Source: an uncultured virus (IMG/VR IMGVR_UViG_3300031787_008607)
Lineage: Duplodnaviria > Heunggongvirae > Uroviricota > Caudoviricetes
Virus record (IMG/VR): IMGVR_UViG_3300031787_008607
Location: 112,706-132,705 of that record
Reading direction: 5' to 3' (one strand)
DNA: 20,000 nucleotides
The notes under the pieces are model-generated. The model searched no databases, was not told the origin of the DNA, and saw only the letters and a program-made list of their open reading frames with translations. This document shows, one piece after another, positions 1-8,137 of the stretch; positions within the stretch are counted from its first letter, which is position 1; each line of letters begins with the position of its first letter. The translations under genes and the position numbers were made by a program.

Positions 1-326
1 ATAGTTCCAAAATATGAATAAGCTTTCTTTTCTTTTGATGGACTAAATTTGTCAATTTTTGTCATCAAAAATGAATGTGTATCAGTATGAATTTCAATAA
101 AATCCATATCTTTTCTGTATAATTTATATCTACGAATAATTGAAGAAATCATTTTATCTAAAGGATGTCTTAAATATTCATTATAAATCTTATTTTTTTC
201 TTCAAAAGTAGAAGCAGTCAGAAACATTCTGACCGCATTCTCTTCTCTTATGTCAAAGTAATTTTCACCGCTAGATTTTTTTTTCGTCTTAACGGCAATT
301 TCTATTGAGCTGGCGCTTAATATCAT
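1..326 (-). CDS. Partial (runs off the left edge) sigma-factor-like protein, phage late-sigma/sigma70 region 2-like
   Basis: Not in the ORF track. Manual translation from ATG at 326, which overlaps the upstream TAA as TAATG: MILSASSIEIAVKTKKKSSGENYFDIREENAVRMFLTASTFEEKNKIYNEYLRHPLDKMISSIIRRYKLYRKDMDFIEIHTDTHSFLMTKIDKFSPSKEKKAYSYFGT, 108 codons open to the edge. KIDKFSPSKEKKAYSYF resembles sigma region 2.3 (KFDPxKGxxFxxY). Confidence 0.6.
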   Translation of the reverse strand, partial: MILSASSIEIAVKTKKKSSGENYFDIREENAVRMFLTASTFEEKNKIYNEYLRHPLDKMISSIIRRYKLYRKDMDFIEIHTDTHSFLMTKIDKFSPSKEKKAYSYFGT

Positions 327-1132
327 TAAGCATTTTCAGGAACAAATTTTATGTTTCTGTCTTCACTAAAAAAATATTCTTTTTTAGCTGAAGATACCCA
401 AAACTTAACCTCATTTTCTTCAAGTTTGGTTTCACCATTTTTGTATTCCCAAAAAATAGAACCTTCTCTTAAATTAGTGTGTTTGTAACCAATTTTAGGA
501 ATAGTCATAATTTTAGCCGAATTGTACGTTAAACGAAGTAACAATTCATAAACAAATGTTAATTTAATGCTTGGTTTAAATCCACCAAAATCTTCAATTA
601 GAGATTTTTTGAATACCATTCCTGATGTTTGAAAATTTTGATATTGTAATAAAGTTTCATTTGTTAGATATCCCATTTCTTGTGAGAAATTAGCCGCAAA
701 TGTAGCTTCGTTTGTAAATCCTTGGAAGGTTAATTTATTATCTACCTCAACTACGATAGGTAAAAATGCGTCAACATCAGAATATGAATCTAAATATTTT
801 TTTACATTTTTAAACCAAATTTTTGAGTATTCATCGTCAACTTCTAGAATACTAACCCATTTAGTTTCAGCTTTTGTAATTCCAAAATTAACCTGATTTG
901 AAAAATTTGGTTCTCCATCAAATTCAAAAGTTGTTACTTTAAGATTTTGAAAATCATATTTTTTCAAATAATCCGATAAATTTTTATCTTTACCATGAAC
1001 TATAATTAAGTTTTTTGGTAAGAACTCTTGAGATTGTACAGACTCAATTGATTTTTTAAAGAAATCCTCAAAATCTCTCATTACCATACTTTTAATAGGT
1101 AATATAACACTTAAATCTAAAATATTTTCCAT
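326..1132 (-). CDS. Glycosyltransferase, GT-A/GT2-like
   Basis: N-terminal LSVILPI strand, SIESVQSQ, ILEVDDEY acidic metal-binding motif and FGGF. ATG at 1132 is preferred over the track's TTG at 1147. Confidence 0.85.
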   Translation of the reverse strand: MENILDLSVILPIKSMVMRDFEDFFKKSIESVQSQEFLPKNLIIVHGKDKNLSDYLKKYDFQNLKVTTFEFDGEPNFSNQVNFGITKAETKWVSILEVDDEYSKIWFKNVKKYLDSYSDVDAFLPIVVEVDNKLTFQGFTNEATFAANFSQEMGYLTNETLLQYQNFQTSGMVFKKSLIEDFGGFKPSIKLTFVYELLLRLTYNSAKIMTIPKIGYKHTNLREGSIFWEYKNGETKLEENEVKFWVSSAKKEYFFSEDRNIKFVPENA

Positions 1133-1136
1133 AATA

Positions 1137-2195
1137 TTAATTTTCAATTAATTGTAGTTTATTTAATTCAGTTTCAAAATTTTCTTTTATAACTTGAAGA
1201 TAACCTTCAAACGTTGATAAAATTGTCTTTTCAAATTTTTCTACATCACTATATTTTTCCGAAGTTTCAATACCATTCTTGTAAAGATTTTCAGAAACAT
1301 TATCTTCTAACCAATTTTGAACAAAATCTGCAACATAGTCTACAAGTTTTATTTCATCTTGTATCCAAATTCCGTTTTCTTCGCTTAACCAACTTGGAAT
1401 TAGTTTTGGAACTACACCCATAACTGCTACACCACTCTTCATAGATTCTAATGGGAAGGTACCAAAAGAACTAATTCTATCGTTCCATACTGACAACATA
1501 GATTCTCTTAATGAACTTGCAAATTCTTCTTGAGATAAACCTCTTAAATCACGGAAAGTAATCCATCTAAATTGTGGATACTTTTGATAGAACGACTTGA
1601 TAAAATTAATTGAATCTCTTTGTTCTCTAAACACAACCGAAATAATTGGTTTAACAGGTTTTTCAGAAACAACAAAATTCTCATCGATTACTGGTTCAAT
1701 AACGTCAACAGCACTCATTCTCATTAATTTTGAAACATAATTTTTTTGCTCTTCTGAAGTTGTGATACACTTTGTAAAGTTAAATTGTTGCCAAGTTTGT
1801 CCTGGTTGAAGAGTTTCAAATATATAGTCATAAGACTGTGACAATACGATTTTAGTACAAGGTAAGTTTGTTAATTGACTCATAACGTAACCAAAAATTT
1901 CAGGAATAATCATAAAATCTTCAGGCGCTATTTGTAAATTTTGTCCTTCTACTGATTGGTGGGGAATAGAATCATATTTATTTCCTAACCAACTTTGTAC
2001 TCCAAAATAATTAGGTTTTTCATGTAAAATAATGACATTATAACCGGCATTTTTAAGTGTTAATGCCATATCATAAATGTATTTGATTGACGCTTTAGCG
2101 TTCCCTAAAGTATCTTGAGCGAAAAAATAAATTCTTGATTTTTTTTCACTCAAATTTTTAATTGAATCTTCAATTTTTTTAATTGTTTCTTCCAT
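1137..2195 (-). CDS. Glycosyltransferase, GT-B/GT4-like (divergent)
   Basis: GYNVIILHE, IIPE and C-terminal SSFGTFPLESMKSGVAVMG, a variant of the GT4 EGFGLPPLEAMACG motif. Confidence 0.7.
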   Translation of the reverse strand: MEETIKKIEDSIKNLSEKKSRIYFFAQDTLGNAKASIKYIYDMALTLKNAGYNVIILHEKPNYFGVQSWLGNKYDSIPHQSVEGQNLQIAPEDFMIIPEIFGYVMSQLTNLPCTKIVLSQSYDYIFETLQPGQTWQQFNFTKCITTSEEQKNYVSKLMRMSAVDVIEPVIDENFVVSEKPVKPIISVVFREQRDSINFIKSFYQKYPQFRWITFRDLRGLSQEEFASSLRESMLSVWNDRISSFGTFPLESMKSGVAVMGVVPKLIPSWLSEENGIWIQDEIKLVDYVADFVQNWLEDNVSENLYKNGIETSEKYSDVEKFEKTILSTFEGYLQVIKENFETELNKLQLIEN

Positions 2196-2198
2196 GTT

Positions 2199-2462
2199 TT
2201 AGTATTTTTGAATTATTTTATTATTTAATAAAGTGTTAAATGCCAATTTAAATGGTATTGATGCTGATGCTTTATCTCCTAAAGTTTCATCAACTTCTTC
2301 AGTTTCACTCAAGACTACCTCTAGCATCATTTTAATTATTTCGTATTGAACCACACCTATCTGTTGTTCAGTTGAACCTGATGAGTTTGGTGTGTCTATA
2401 TTAATAATTGATTGAGCAGACTCCAAATCAATATAGTAATGTTCCCCTAGTATTTTTAACAT
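2199..2462 (-). CDS. Small acidic hypothetical protein (87 aa)
   Basis: ATG start, fills the gap between neighbours in the same orientation, protein-like composition. No motif recognised. Confidence 0.7.
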   Translation of the reverse strand: MLKILGEHYYIDLESAQSIINIDTPNSSGSTEQQIGVVQYEIIKMMLEVVLSETEEVDETLGDKASASIPFKLAFNTLLNNKIIQKY

Positions 2463-3054
2463 CTGTAATATTTGAGATTATTTCGTCTAATTCCTTTAAC
2501 TTTTCAATAGTTTTAGACGAGTTTATTTTTTCATTATAAAGTGTTTTATATTTAACAACTTTATTATTGTAATTAATAATAATTTCAGGGTTAGAAGTAA
2601 CTATTAAATCAAATTCATTTAAAACTTCTTTTTTTGTTACTTCATTATAGAAAATAATTCTTTCAACCAAACAACCAAATTTTGATAAAAAAAATAAAGT
2701 TGCGGGTTTTGATTTTGAAATTTCATCTGATATAATAGTGAACTGAATATTATCTCTGTGTTTAACATATATGTCGTTGAAATCCACAAATGTTGTCATT
2801 TCACTTGATGGTGAATGACCAAATATTTCCATAGGACATTCTTCAAACATGAATGAAAACATTTCTTCTTTTGAAGGAAATAAAAAATGTTTGGATAAAT
2901 CTAAACTATCAATTGGTTCAATTATCTCATAGTTAAACGACACCTCATCTTCCTCAAACCCGTCACTTTTTTCAATTAGAAATTTATTATAGGTTGTTTT
3001 AAACTTACCAATAGTATCCCTTAAAACTCCGTTAATATCAATTCCTATCTTCAT
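2428..3054 (-). CDS. HAD-superfamily 5'(3')-deoxyribonucleotidase-like protein
   Basis: N-terminal MKIGIDINGVLRD matches HAD motif I (IxIDxDGVL) of phage NT5C-like proteins, with DxD changed to DxN. Confidence 0.6.
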   Translation of the reverse strand: MKIGIDINGVLRDTIGKFKTTYNKFLIEKSDGFEEDEVSFNYEIIEPIDSLDLSKHFLFPSKEEMFSFMFEECPMEIFGHSPSSEMTTFVDFNDIYVKHRDNIQFTIISDEISKSKPATLFFLSKFGCLVERIIFYNEVTKKEVLNEFDLIVTSNPEIIINYNNKVVKYKTLYNEKINSSKTIEKLKELDEIISNITDVKNTRGTLLY

Positions 3055-3778
3055 ACCTTTTTAATATTTCAGTAATTAATGGATTTCTAACAACATCATC
3101 ATCTCCAAATTCATGAACTCCAATCTCTGAAATGTTTTTAAATTTCTCAATAGCATCCCATAAACCTGAATGTTTTTTATCTTTATATCTGTCAGTTTGT
3201 TCTAAATCACCTGATATAAAAAATTTGCTATCGGTACCAATACGAGTTAATAATAACTTCATTTGTTTTGGCGTAGCATTTTGAGCTTCTTCAAATATTA
3301 AAATAGAATTATCAATATTCATCCCTCTCATATATGCCAATGCGAAAACCTCAATAACTTCCATTTGTTTTAATTTTTCTCTCGCCTCTTTACCTATAAT
3401 TTTATTTAATAGATAATATGATGGGAAGATATACGGGTCTAATTTTTCTTCAACATTACCAGGTAATGAACCAAGTTTTTCTTCAGCTTCAACCGCTGGT
3501 CTAACAATGATAATTTTTTCGTAAGGTGACGTATGGTCGGCAATTAAATCAACCGCTGCTTTCATTGCTATAAAACTTTTACCAACACCTGCCGGACCTG
3601 AACAAATTGTTATTTGATTTTTCTTCAATTTATCATAGTACTCTCTCTGACTTTGAGTTAAGAATTTATCTTTACTCTTTTTAATCATCCCACTAATTTG
3701 GTCTTTTTTCGACATTTTTGGTTTAGCTTCAGTAGGAATATACTGACTGTCTTTGCTAATTGTTTTTTTTCTTGTCAT
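3038..3778 (-). CDS. phoH: PhoH-like ATPase
   Basis: Walker A GPAGVGKS, RPAVE, LGSLPG, YMRG, EEAQN, LLTRIG, GDLEQTD and DVVRNPL. Single-domain form with a basic N-terminal tail. Confidence 0.95.
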   Translation of the reverse strand: MTRKKTISKDSQYIPTEAKPKMSKKDQISGMIKKSKDKFLTQSQREYYDKLKKNQITICSGPAGVGKSFIAMKAAVDLIADHTSPYEKIIIVRPAVEAEEKLGSLPGNVEEKLDPYIFPSYYLLNKIIGKEAREKLKQMEVIEVFALAYMRGMNIDNSILIFEEAQNATPKQMKLLLTRIGTDSKFFISGDLEQTDRYKDKKHSGLWDAIEKFKNISEIGVHEFGDDDVVRNPLITEILKRYEDRN

Positions 3779-3781
3779 TAT

Positions 3782-4606
3782 TTAATTTTTGTGTAACTTT
3801 TTTGAGAATGATTGCATTTCATTTATTTGAAATTCCAACTCAGGTATATCATATTTTGTATCAAAAATAGTCGATAAAGTTCTATCAACAGTTAATTCTG
3901 AATTCATGGCGTTAATACCAATATTTAATTCATATGAATTTGATATCATTTTTACTAAATCGTATTTTGTAACTTGAGTTGGTGAAACAAAATGTTTAAT
4001 CCCTTTCCAAAAATCTTTGTTATCAATAATTTTTTCCACTAATTTAGCCCATTCTAAACAAGTAATACCATTCCAAAAATGATTTAAAAAACCATTAACT
4101 GTATTATTTTTTTGACTTTTAACCCATTCAACTAAAGACCTATGTTGATTAACTTCTTCACCAATTATTGAAGTTCTTATTATTGTACAATTACTTGGTT
4201 CTCCCATAGCTTTAGACATACCATATACATCATCAACATCATATTTATCTTTTTCATCATATCTACCTTTTTTACCTGAAAAGACACAATCAGTTGTTGG
4301 ATGAATCATATTCCATTCATTTTTCTCACAAACATTAGCTAATAATCTTGGAAAAACTGAGTTTACTAAAATTGCGTTTAAGTCACCTAATTGGTCAACT
4401 CTTGGTTTAATTGTACCAATACAATTTATAATAACATCACCCTGATTTACTCCACAATTGATTAAAATTTCTTCTAATGTTTTTTCTGTCTGTTGAGATG
4501 CGTCAAGAACATCTCTGTTAATTTCATTAACATTAAATTTTTCAGATAAATAAGTGTAAACATATTTACCTAACATACCTTTTGAACCTAAAATATAAAT
4601 TTTCAT
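3782..4606 (-). CDS. rmlD: dTDP-4-dehydrorhamnose reductase-like SDR (RmlD family)
   Basis: MKIYILGSKGMLG Rossmann start, TTDCVFSG, YGMSK catalytic YxxxK and IRTSIIG. ATG at 4606 is preferred over 4669, which overlaps the upstream gene and encodes a poly-Lys stretch. Confidence 0.85.
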   Translation of the reverse strand: MKIYILGSKGMLGKYVYTYLSEKFNVNEINRDVLDASQQTEKTLEEILINCGVNQGDVIINCIGTIKPRVDQLGDLNAILVNSVFPRLLANVCEKNEWNMIHPTTDCVFSGKKGRYDEKDKYDVDDVYGMSKAMGEPSNCTIIRTSIIGEEVNQHRSLVEWVKSQKNNTVNGFLNHFWNGITCLEWAKLVEKIIDNKDFWKGIKHFVSPTQVTKYDLVKMISNSYELNIGINAMNSELTVDRTLSTIFDTKYDIPELEFQINEMQSFSKKLHKN

Positions 4607-4631
4607 AATTTTTTTACTTTTTTTATTTTTT

Positions 4632-5051
4632 TTATCTAAAATCTTCTTCCCATATATTCCAATTATCATGTGGTAATCTTATATCGTCACCTAAACTTTC
4701 TTCTAATGATGTAGTAGAAAAGAAAATAACTGAAGTATTTTCTTCCAAATTTTTAAAACCATTATAATGATTCGGTGGGATAAATAATACTTTTGGTTGT
4801 CTTGCACTTAAAATATATTTTGTAATTTCTTCAGTTTCCATATTAACAATTCCAATAAGTGCGGTACCACTAGATACATAAACATATTTCCCTTCTTTTT
4901 TATGACCATGCCACGCTCTTATAAATCCTTGTCTATGATTCTCAACTTGGTAAAATCTCTTTACATTTTCAAAATTGAAATCATTAACAAATCTAACCGA
5001 ACCTCTATCATCAACAGAGATACCACCATTCATTAATTTTTTTGTGTCCAT
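4632..5051 (-). CDS. RmlC-like cupin: NDP-4-keto-6-deoxyhexose 3,5-epimerase or 3,4-ketoisomerase
   Basis: DDRG, IRAWHGH, LFIPPNHYNGF and DDIR are motifs of the RmlC/FdtA-type sugar cupins. Confidence 0.8.
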   Translation of the reverse strand: MDTKKLMNGGISVDDRGSVRFVNDFNFENVKRFYQVENHRQGFIRAWHGHKKEGKYVYVSSGTALIGIVNMETEEITKYILSARQPKVLFIPPNHYNGFKNLEENTSVIFFSTTSLEESLGDDIRLPHDNWNIWEEDFR

Positions 5052-6007
5052 AATAATTCTTTTTGATTTTTTTTATTTGTTAAAAACGCTCCATTGTGGT
5101 AAACTTTATCTTCAGGGTTTTCAATTCTATTTTCTTCAAATAAAGTTACCATTCTTAATACCTCATCCTCAACGGTTGTAATTGGTTTATATTTAAAAAC
5201 TTTTAAAGATTTTGAATTATCAACACGATAATTTCTAGCATCTTGAAAAGATATTTCAGTGTACGTTACTTTAGTATTAGGTACTATTTTAGCAACACGT
5301 TCACCTAGTTCTTTAATTATAACATTTTCTTTTGATAAAACAAAAATTCCCGGATACTTTTCTTTACAGGCCTCTGTAATATATCCCGCAATATCTTTAA
5401 CTGCTATTATTGGTCTCCATTGTTCACCTCCATTAATAGTTATAGTACCTTCTTTTACCGCCTTCATAGTTAATACATTAACAACTAAATCCATTCTAAT
5501 TCTAGAATATGTGTCACCAAGACCAAATACAGTTCCTAATCTAAAAATTGTCCCATTTTTGTCTAAAATGTGTTTTTCGGCTTTAAGTTTTGTTGATGCA
5601 TATGATGATAATGGATTTGTTTCACTTAATTCATCTAATATACCATCTTGAGCCCCGTAAACTGAACACGTAGACATGAAAATTAAATGTTTATCGGGTG
5701 AAACAATATCACAAAAATTTTTAATAGAATTATAATTAATTTCTTCAGTTAAAAATGGGTCAACACTACAAGCCGGGTCACCAACTAAAGCAGCCATTAA
5801 AACTATAATATCAAAATCTTTAGATACTTCATAAAGTTTATCAGTATCTCTAATGTCTCCATAAATAAAAGAAACATCTTTTAAATACCTATTTTCATAT
5901 AATAAATTATCGTAAATAGTTATATCAAACCCTTCTCTAATAAGATAATCTGATGTTAATCCTCCGATGTAACCGGCACCACCTACTAATAAAACTTTTT
6001 CTTTCAT
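5033..6007 (-). CDS. NAD-dependent nucleotide-sugar epimerase/dehydratase (extended SDR)
   Basis: GGAGYIG, GDIRD, AALVGDPAC, STCSVYG, YASTK and RMDLVVN. Confidence 0.9.
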   Translation of the reverse strand: MKEKVLLVGGAGYIGGLTSDYLIREGFDITIYDNLLYENRYLKDVSFIYGDIRDTDKLYEVSKDFDIIVLMAALVGDPACSVDPFLTEEINYNSIKNFCDIVSPDKHLIFMSTCSVYGAQDGILDELSETNPLSSYASTKLKAEKHILDKNGTIFRLGTVFGLGDTYSRIRMDLVVNVLTMKAVKEGTITINGGEQWRPIIAVKDIAGYITEACKEKYPGIFVLSKENVIIKELGERVAKIVPNTKVTYTEISFQDARNYRVDNSKSLKVFKYKPITTVEDEVLRMVTLFEENRIENPEDKVYHNGAFLTNKKNQKELLWTQKN

Positions 6008-6029
6008 TATTTTATATAATTTATTTATT

Positions 6030-6683
6030 TTATATTTTTATTTTGTAATCCATGAATGTTTCTGATTTACCTACGTCAATACTAAAAAATGAATCAGACC
6101 ATGGTAGAAATTTTATGTTTGTTTTTTCACCTATGTTATAATCATAAGTTTCTTCTGGTAATAATCGTTTTACATATTTATCACCTGGTAAATCACCATG
6201 CTCCCATTTTTTATCAAAATGGTTTTTTGTATTTGATATGTTCCATCCTGAACTCATAGAGATATAATCTATTTCAAATGAATTATACATGGCAATATTG
6301 CCCTCCATCATTCTTCTTAGGTAATCACTATCTTCATAATTACCCCCAATAAATCTTTCATCCATAAACCCAATATTTCTAAATAATTCTTTTTTAAAAC
6401 CAAAAAACCCCCACGCATATAATCCAACAAACCCATATCCTTGTTCTAAAAGAGTTAAAATTTTTTCAATATGTTCTTTTTTAGGTCTAGCTTTGTCATT
6501 ACAAATAATAATGGTTTCTGTTGGTGATTCAACAACACAATCATTAATTAATTTTGAGAAAGATGGGTATCCGTGACCATTTTTCCAAATTGATTCTTCA
6601 TCCATGTTTTTTAAATGAGTAATTAATTCATCTTTTAAAGAGTCTCTATTGCTTGGTATAATTATAGTATATTCTTTATTCAT
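6030..6683 (-). CDS. Short GT-A/GT2-like glycosyltransferase
   Basis: YTIIIPS start and IGFMDERFIGGNYEDSDY, a GT2 C-terminal ED catalytic motif. The DxD position reads CNDK. Confidence 0.7.
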   Translation of the reverse strand: MNKEYTIIIPSNRDSLKDELITHLKNMDEESIWKNGHGYPSFSKLINDCVVESPTETIIICNDKARPKKEHIEKILTLLEQGYGFVGLYAWGFFGFKKELFRNIGFMDERFIGGNYEDSDYLRRMMEGNIAMYNSFEIDYISMSSGWNISNTKNHFDKKWEHGDLPGDKYVKRLLPEETYDYNIGEKTNIKFLPWSDSFFSIDVGKSETFMDYKIKI

Positions 6684-6706
6684 GGTAATTTTAATTTATT
6701 TTTTTA

Positions 6707-7240
6707 TTATCCATTATTTAAAAATTTACTAACACGTCTGTCAATAGAACGTTTGACAATTGTTAAACCCGCTTCGGATATGGGGAATGTAAAAATATCC
6801 ATCTCAGGATATTCAGTTTTAATCCAATCTATCATTTTATAAGAATCCTCACAGTGTTCTCGGGTAATATATTTTTCAGAAATTGGGTCAGTATCATGTA
6901 AAATAATTACCCCAAATTCATTTAAATTTTTAAGTGATGCTTTGAAATCTAATTTAACCGCTTCAAACGCATGGTCAGCATCTATGAAAATAACATCTAC
7001 TATTTCATTAAAATTATTTAAAAAGTCTTGTGTTGATGTTTGATGGAACTCACCAATGTTTTTATTTCTTCTAAAATCAATAATATCAACCCCAATTACC
7101 CTAGGTACTACTTCTGAAACTTTTTCAAAAGTTGACCCATCATATACACCTAATTCTAAATAATTTTTACAATTAATTGATTTAACTATTTGGACTATCA
7201 TGTCCGTGTGAACTTCATGTCCGTATGCAAATTTATCCAT
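6707..7240 (-). CDS. Class I SAM-dependent methyltransferase (Methyltransf_24-like, probable sugar O-methyltransferase)
   Basis: YLELGVYDG motif I, GVDI, IFIDADH and GVIILHD. Confidence 0.85.
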   Translation of the reverse strand: MDKFAYGHEVHTDMIVQIVKSINCKNYLELGVYDGSTFEKVSEVVPRVIGVDIIDFRRNKNIGEFHQTSTQDFLNNFNEIVDVIFIDADHAFEAVKLDFKASLKNLNEFGVIILHDTDPISEKYITREHCEDSYKMIDWIKTEYPEMDIFTFPISEAGLTIVKRSIDRRVSKFLNNG

Positions 7241-7252
7241 ATTTTTTATTTT

Positions 7253-7281
7253 AAATTAATAAAAAATATGGATACAGTAAA
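7253..7281 (-). promoter_or_regulatory. Putative internal sigma70-like promoter TTTACT-N17-TAATTT
   Basis: Lies in the only sizeable internal intergenic gap (7241-7305). -35 at 7281-7276, -10 at 7258-7253, 17-nt spacer. The AT-rich background weakens the call. Confidence 0.4.
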
Positions 7282-7305
7282 CATTAAGTGTTGTTTTTAT
7301 TCATC

Positions 7306-8130
7306 TTAAAAAACAGGTATTGTTTCGGCTTTACATCCGCCAAACCACCAAATACATTCTGAAAATGTACTAAGACGATTACAAACCAACATATCACATT
7401 TTGAGGCTATTAACATAGTTGCTGTAGAATATTGCATTTGAGTAACATTATCTGGTTTAGTGTAAGTTATTACATTGTAGTCTTTTAAATATTCTAAATA
7501 TTCAGGTAAAACACTGTCGTTATCTGAAGTAAGAAAAATAGTTTTTACTTTTGGTAAAAATTCATTAATTGCATTTTTATAAGTTTCAAAATTATAATCT
7601 CTAATAACTCCGTCTCGAATACTTGTACAGTTTGGAGGGTCAAATTGATGAGTCCAAGTTCTTATTTGTATGGTAAGTAATGGGTATTCAAAATGTTTTG
7701 ACACTCTATCAACTTCGGATAAAACTTCAGGTCTCCATTTAATTTTACTAATTCCTTTTTGTATTCTGTTAAATACTGTATCACATATTAAATTTCTATT
7801 AAAAAACCAATCAATTGAATGTGTTGAAAATAAATAAGAAAGTGATTTATTTACGATATTAGGGTGGTCACCTAAAGCTTTAGCGTCGTTTATTAAATCA
7901 GGTTGTTCTGTTTCTTCTGATTTTAAAACTAAAAATCTTGCAGAAATAAAAGAATTACCAAATTCGTGTGGGTTATGGCAAATTAAACTATCATCTAAAA
8001 TTTCTCGATAATCAGCGTCAAAATGTGCGTCAAATCTAGGTAAAATATTAGTTTCACCTATACTTAAAGCGGTGACAAAAGATTTTAAAACATTACATAA
8101 ACCAGATTTTATTTCTACCGTAAATTTCAT
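7306..8130 (-). CDS. Fucosyltransferase-like GT-B protein (NodZ/O-FucT/GT11-like)
   Basis: SGLCN, LTIQIRTW (HxR-like motif I), IFLTSDN (motif II) and STFS (motif III) are shared by inverting GDP-fucose transferases. ATG at 8130 is preferred. Confidence 0.65.
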   Translation of the reverse strand: MKFTVEIKSGLCNVLKSFVTALSIGETNILPRFDAHFDADYREILDDSLICHNPHEFGNSFISARFLVLKSEETEQPDLINDAKALGDHPNIVNKSLSYLFSTHSIDWFFNRNLICDTVFNRIQKGISKIKWRPEVLSEVDRVSKHFEYPLLTIQIRTWTHQFDPPNCTSIRDGVIRDYNFETYKNAINEFLPKVKTIFLTSDNDSVLPEYLEYLKDYNVITYTKPDNVTQMQYSTATMLIASKCDMLVCNRLSTFSECIWWFGGCKAETIPVF

Positions 8131-8137
8131 ATATGTA

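Noticed and set aside
1214..1423. Plus-strand 69-aa ORF
   Set aside because: Antisense shadow inside a well-supported GT gene, with no motif.
4607..4669. Lys-rich N-terminal extension of the RmlD-like ORF
   Set aside because: Artefact of longest-ORF calling across an A-rich spacer. The Rossmann motif begins at ATG 4606. Similar start corrections were made at 1132, 8130 and 11188.
4975..5651. Plus-strand ORFs 4975-5181 and 5259-5651
   Set aside because: Antisense to the cupin and SDR genes. The composition is typical of reverse-frame translation.
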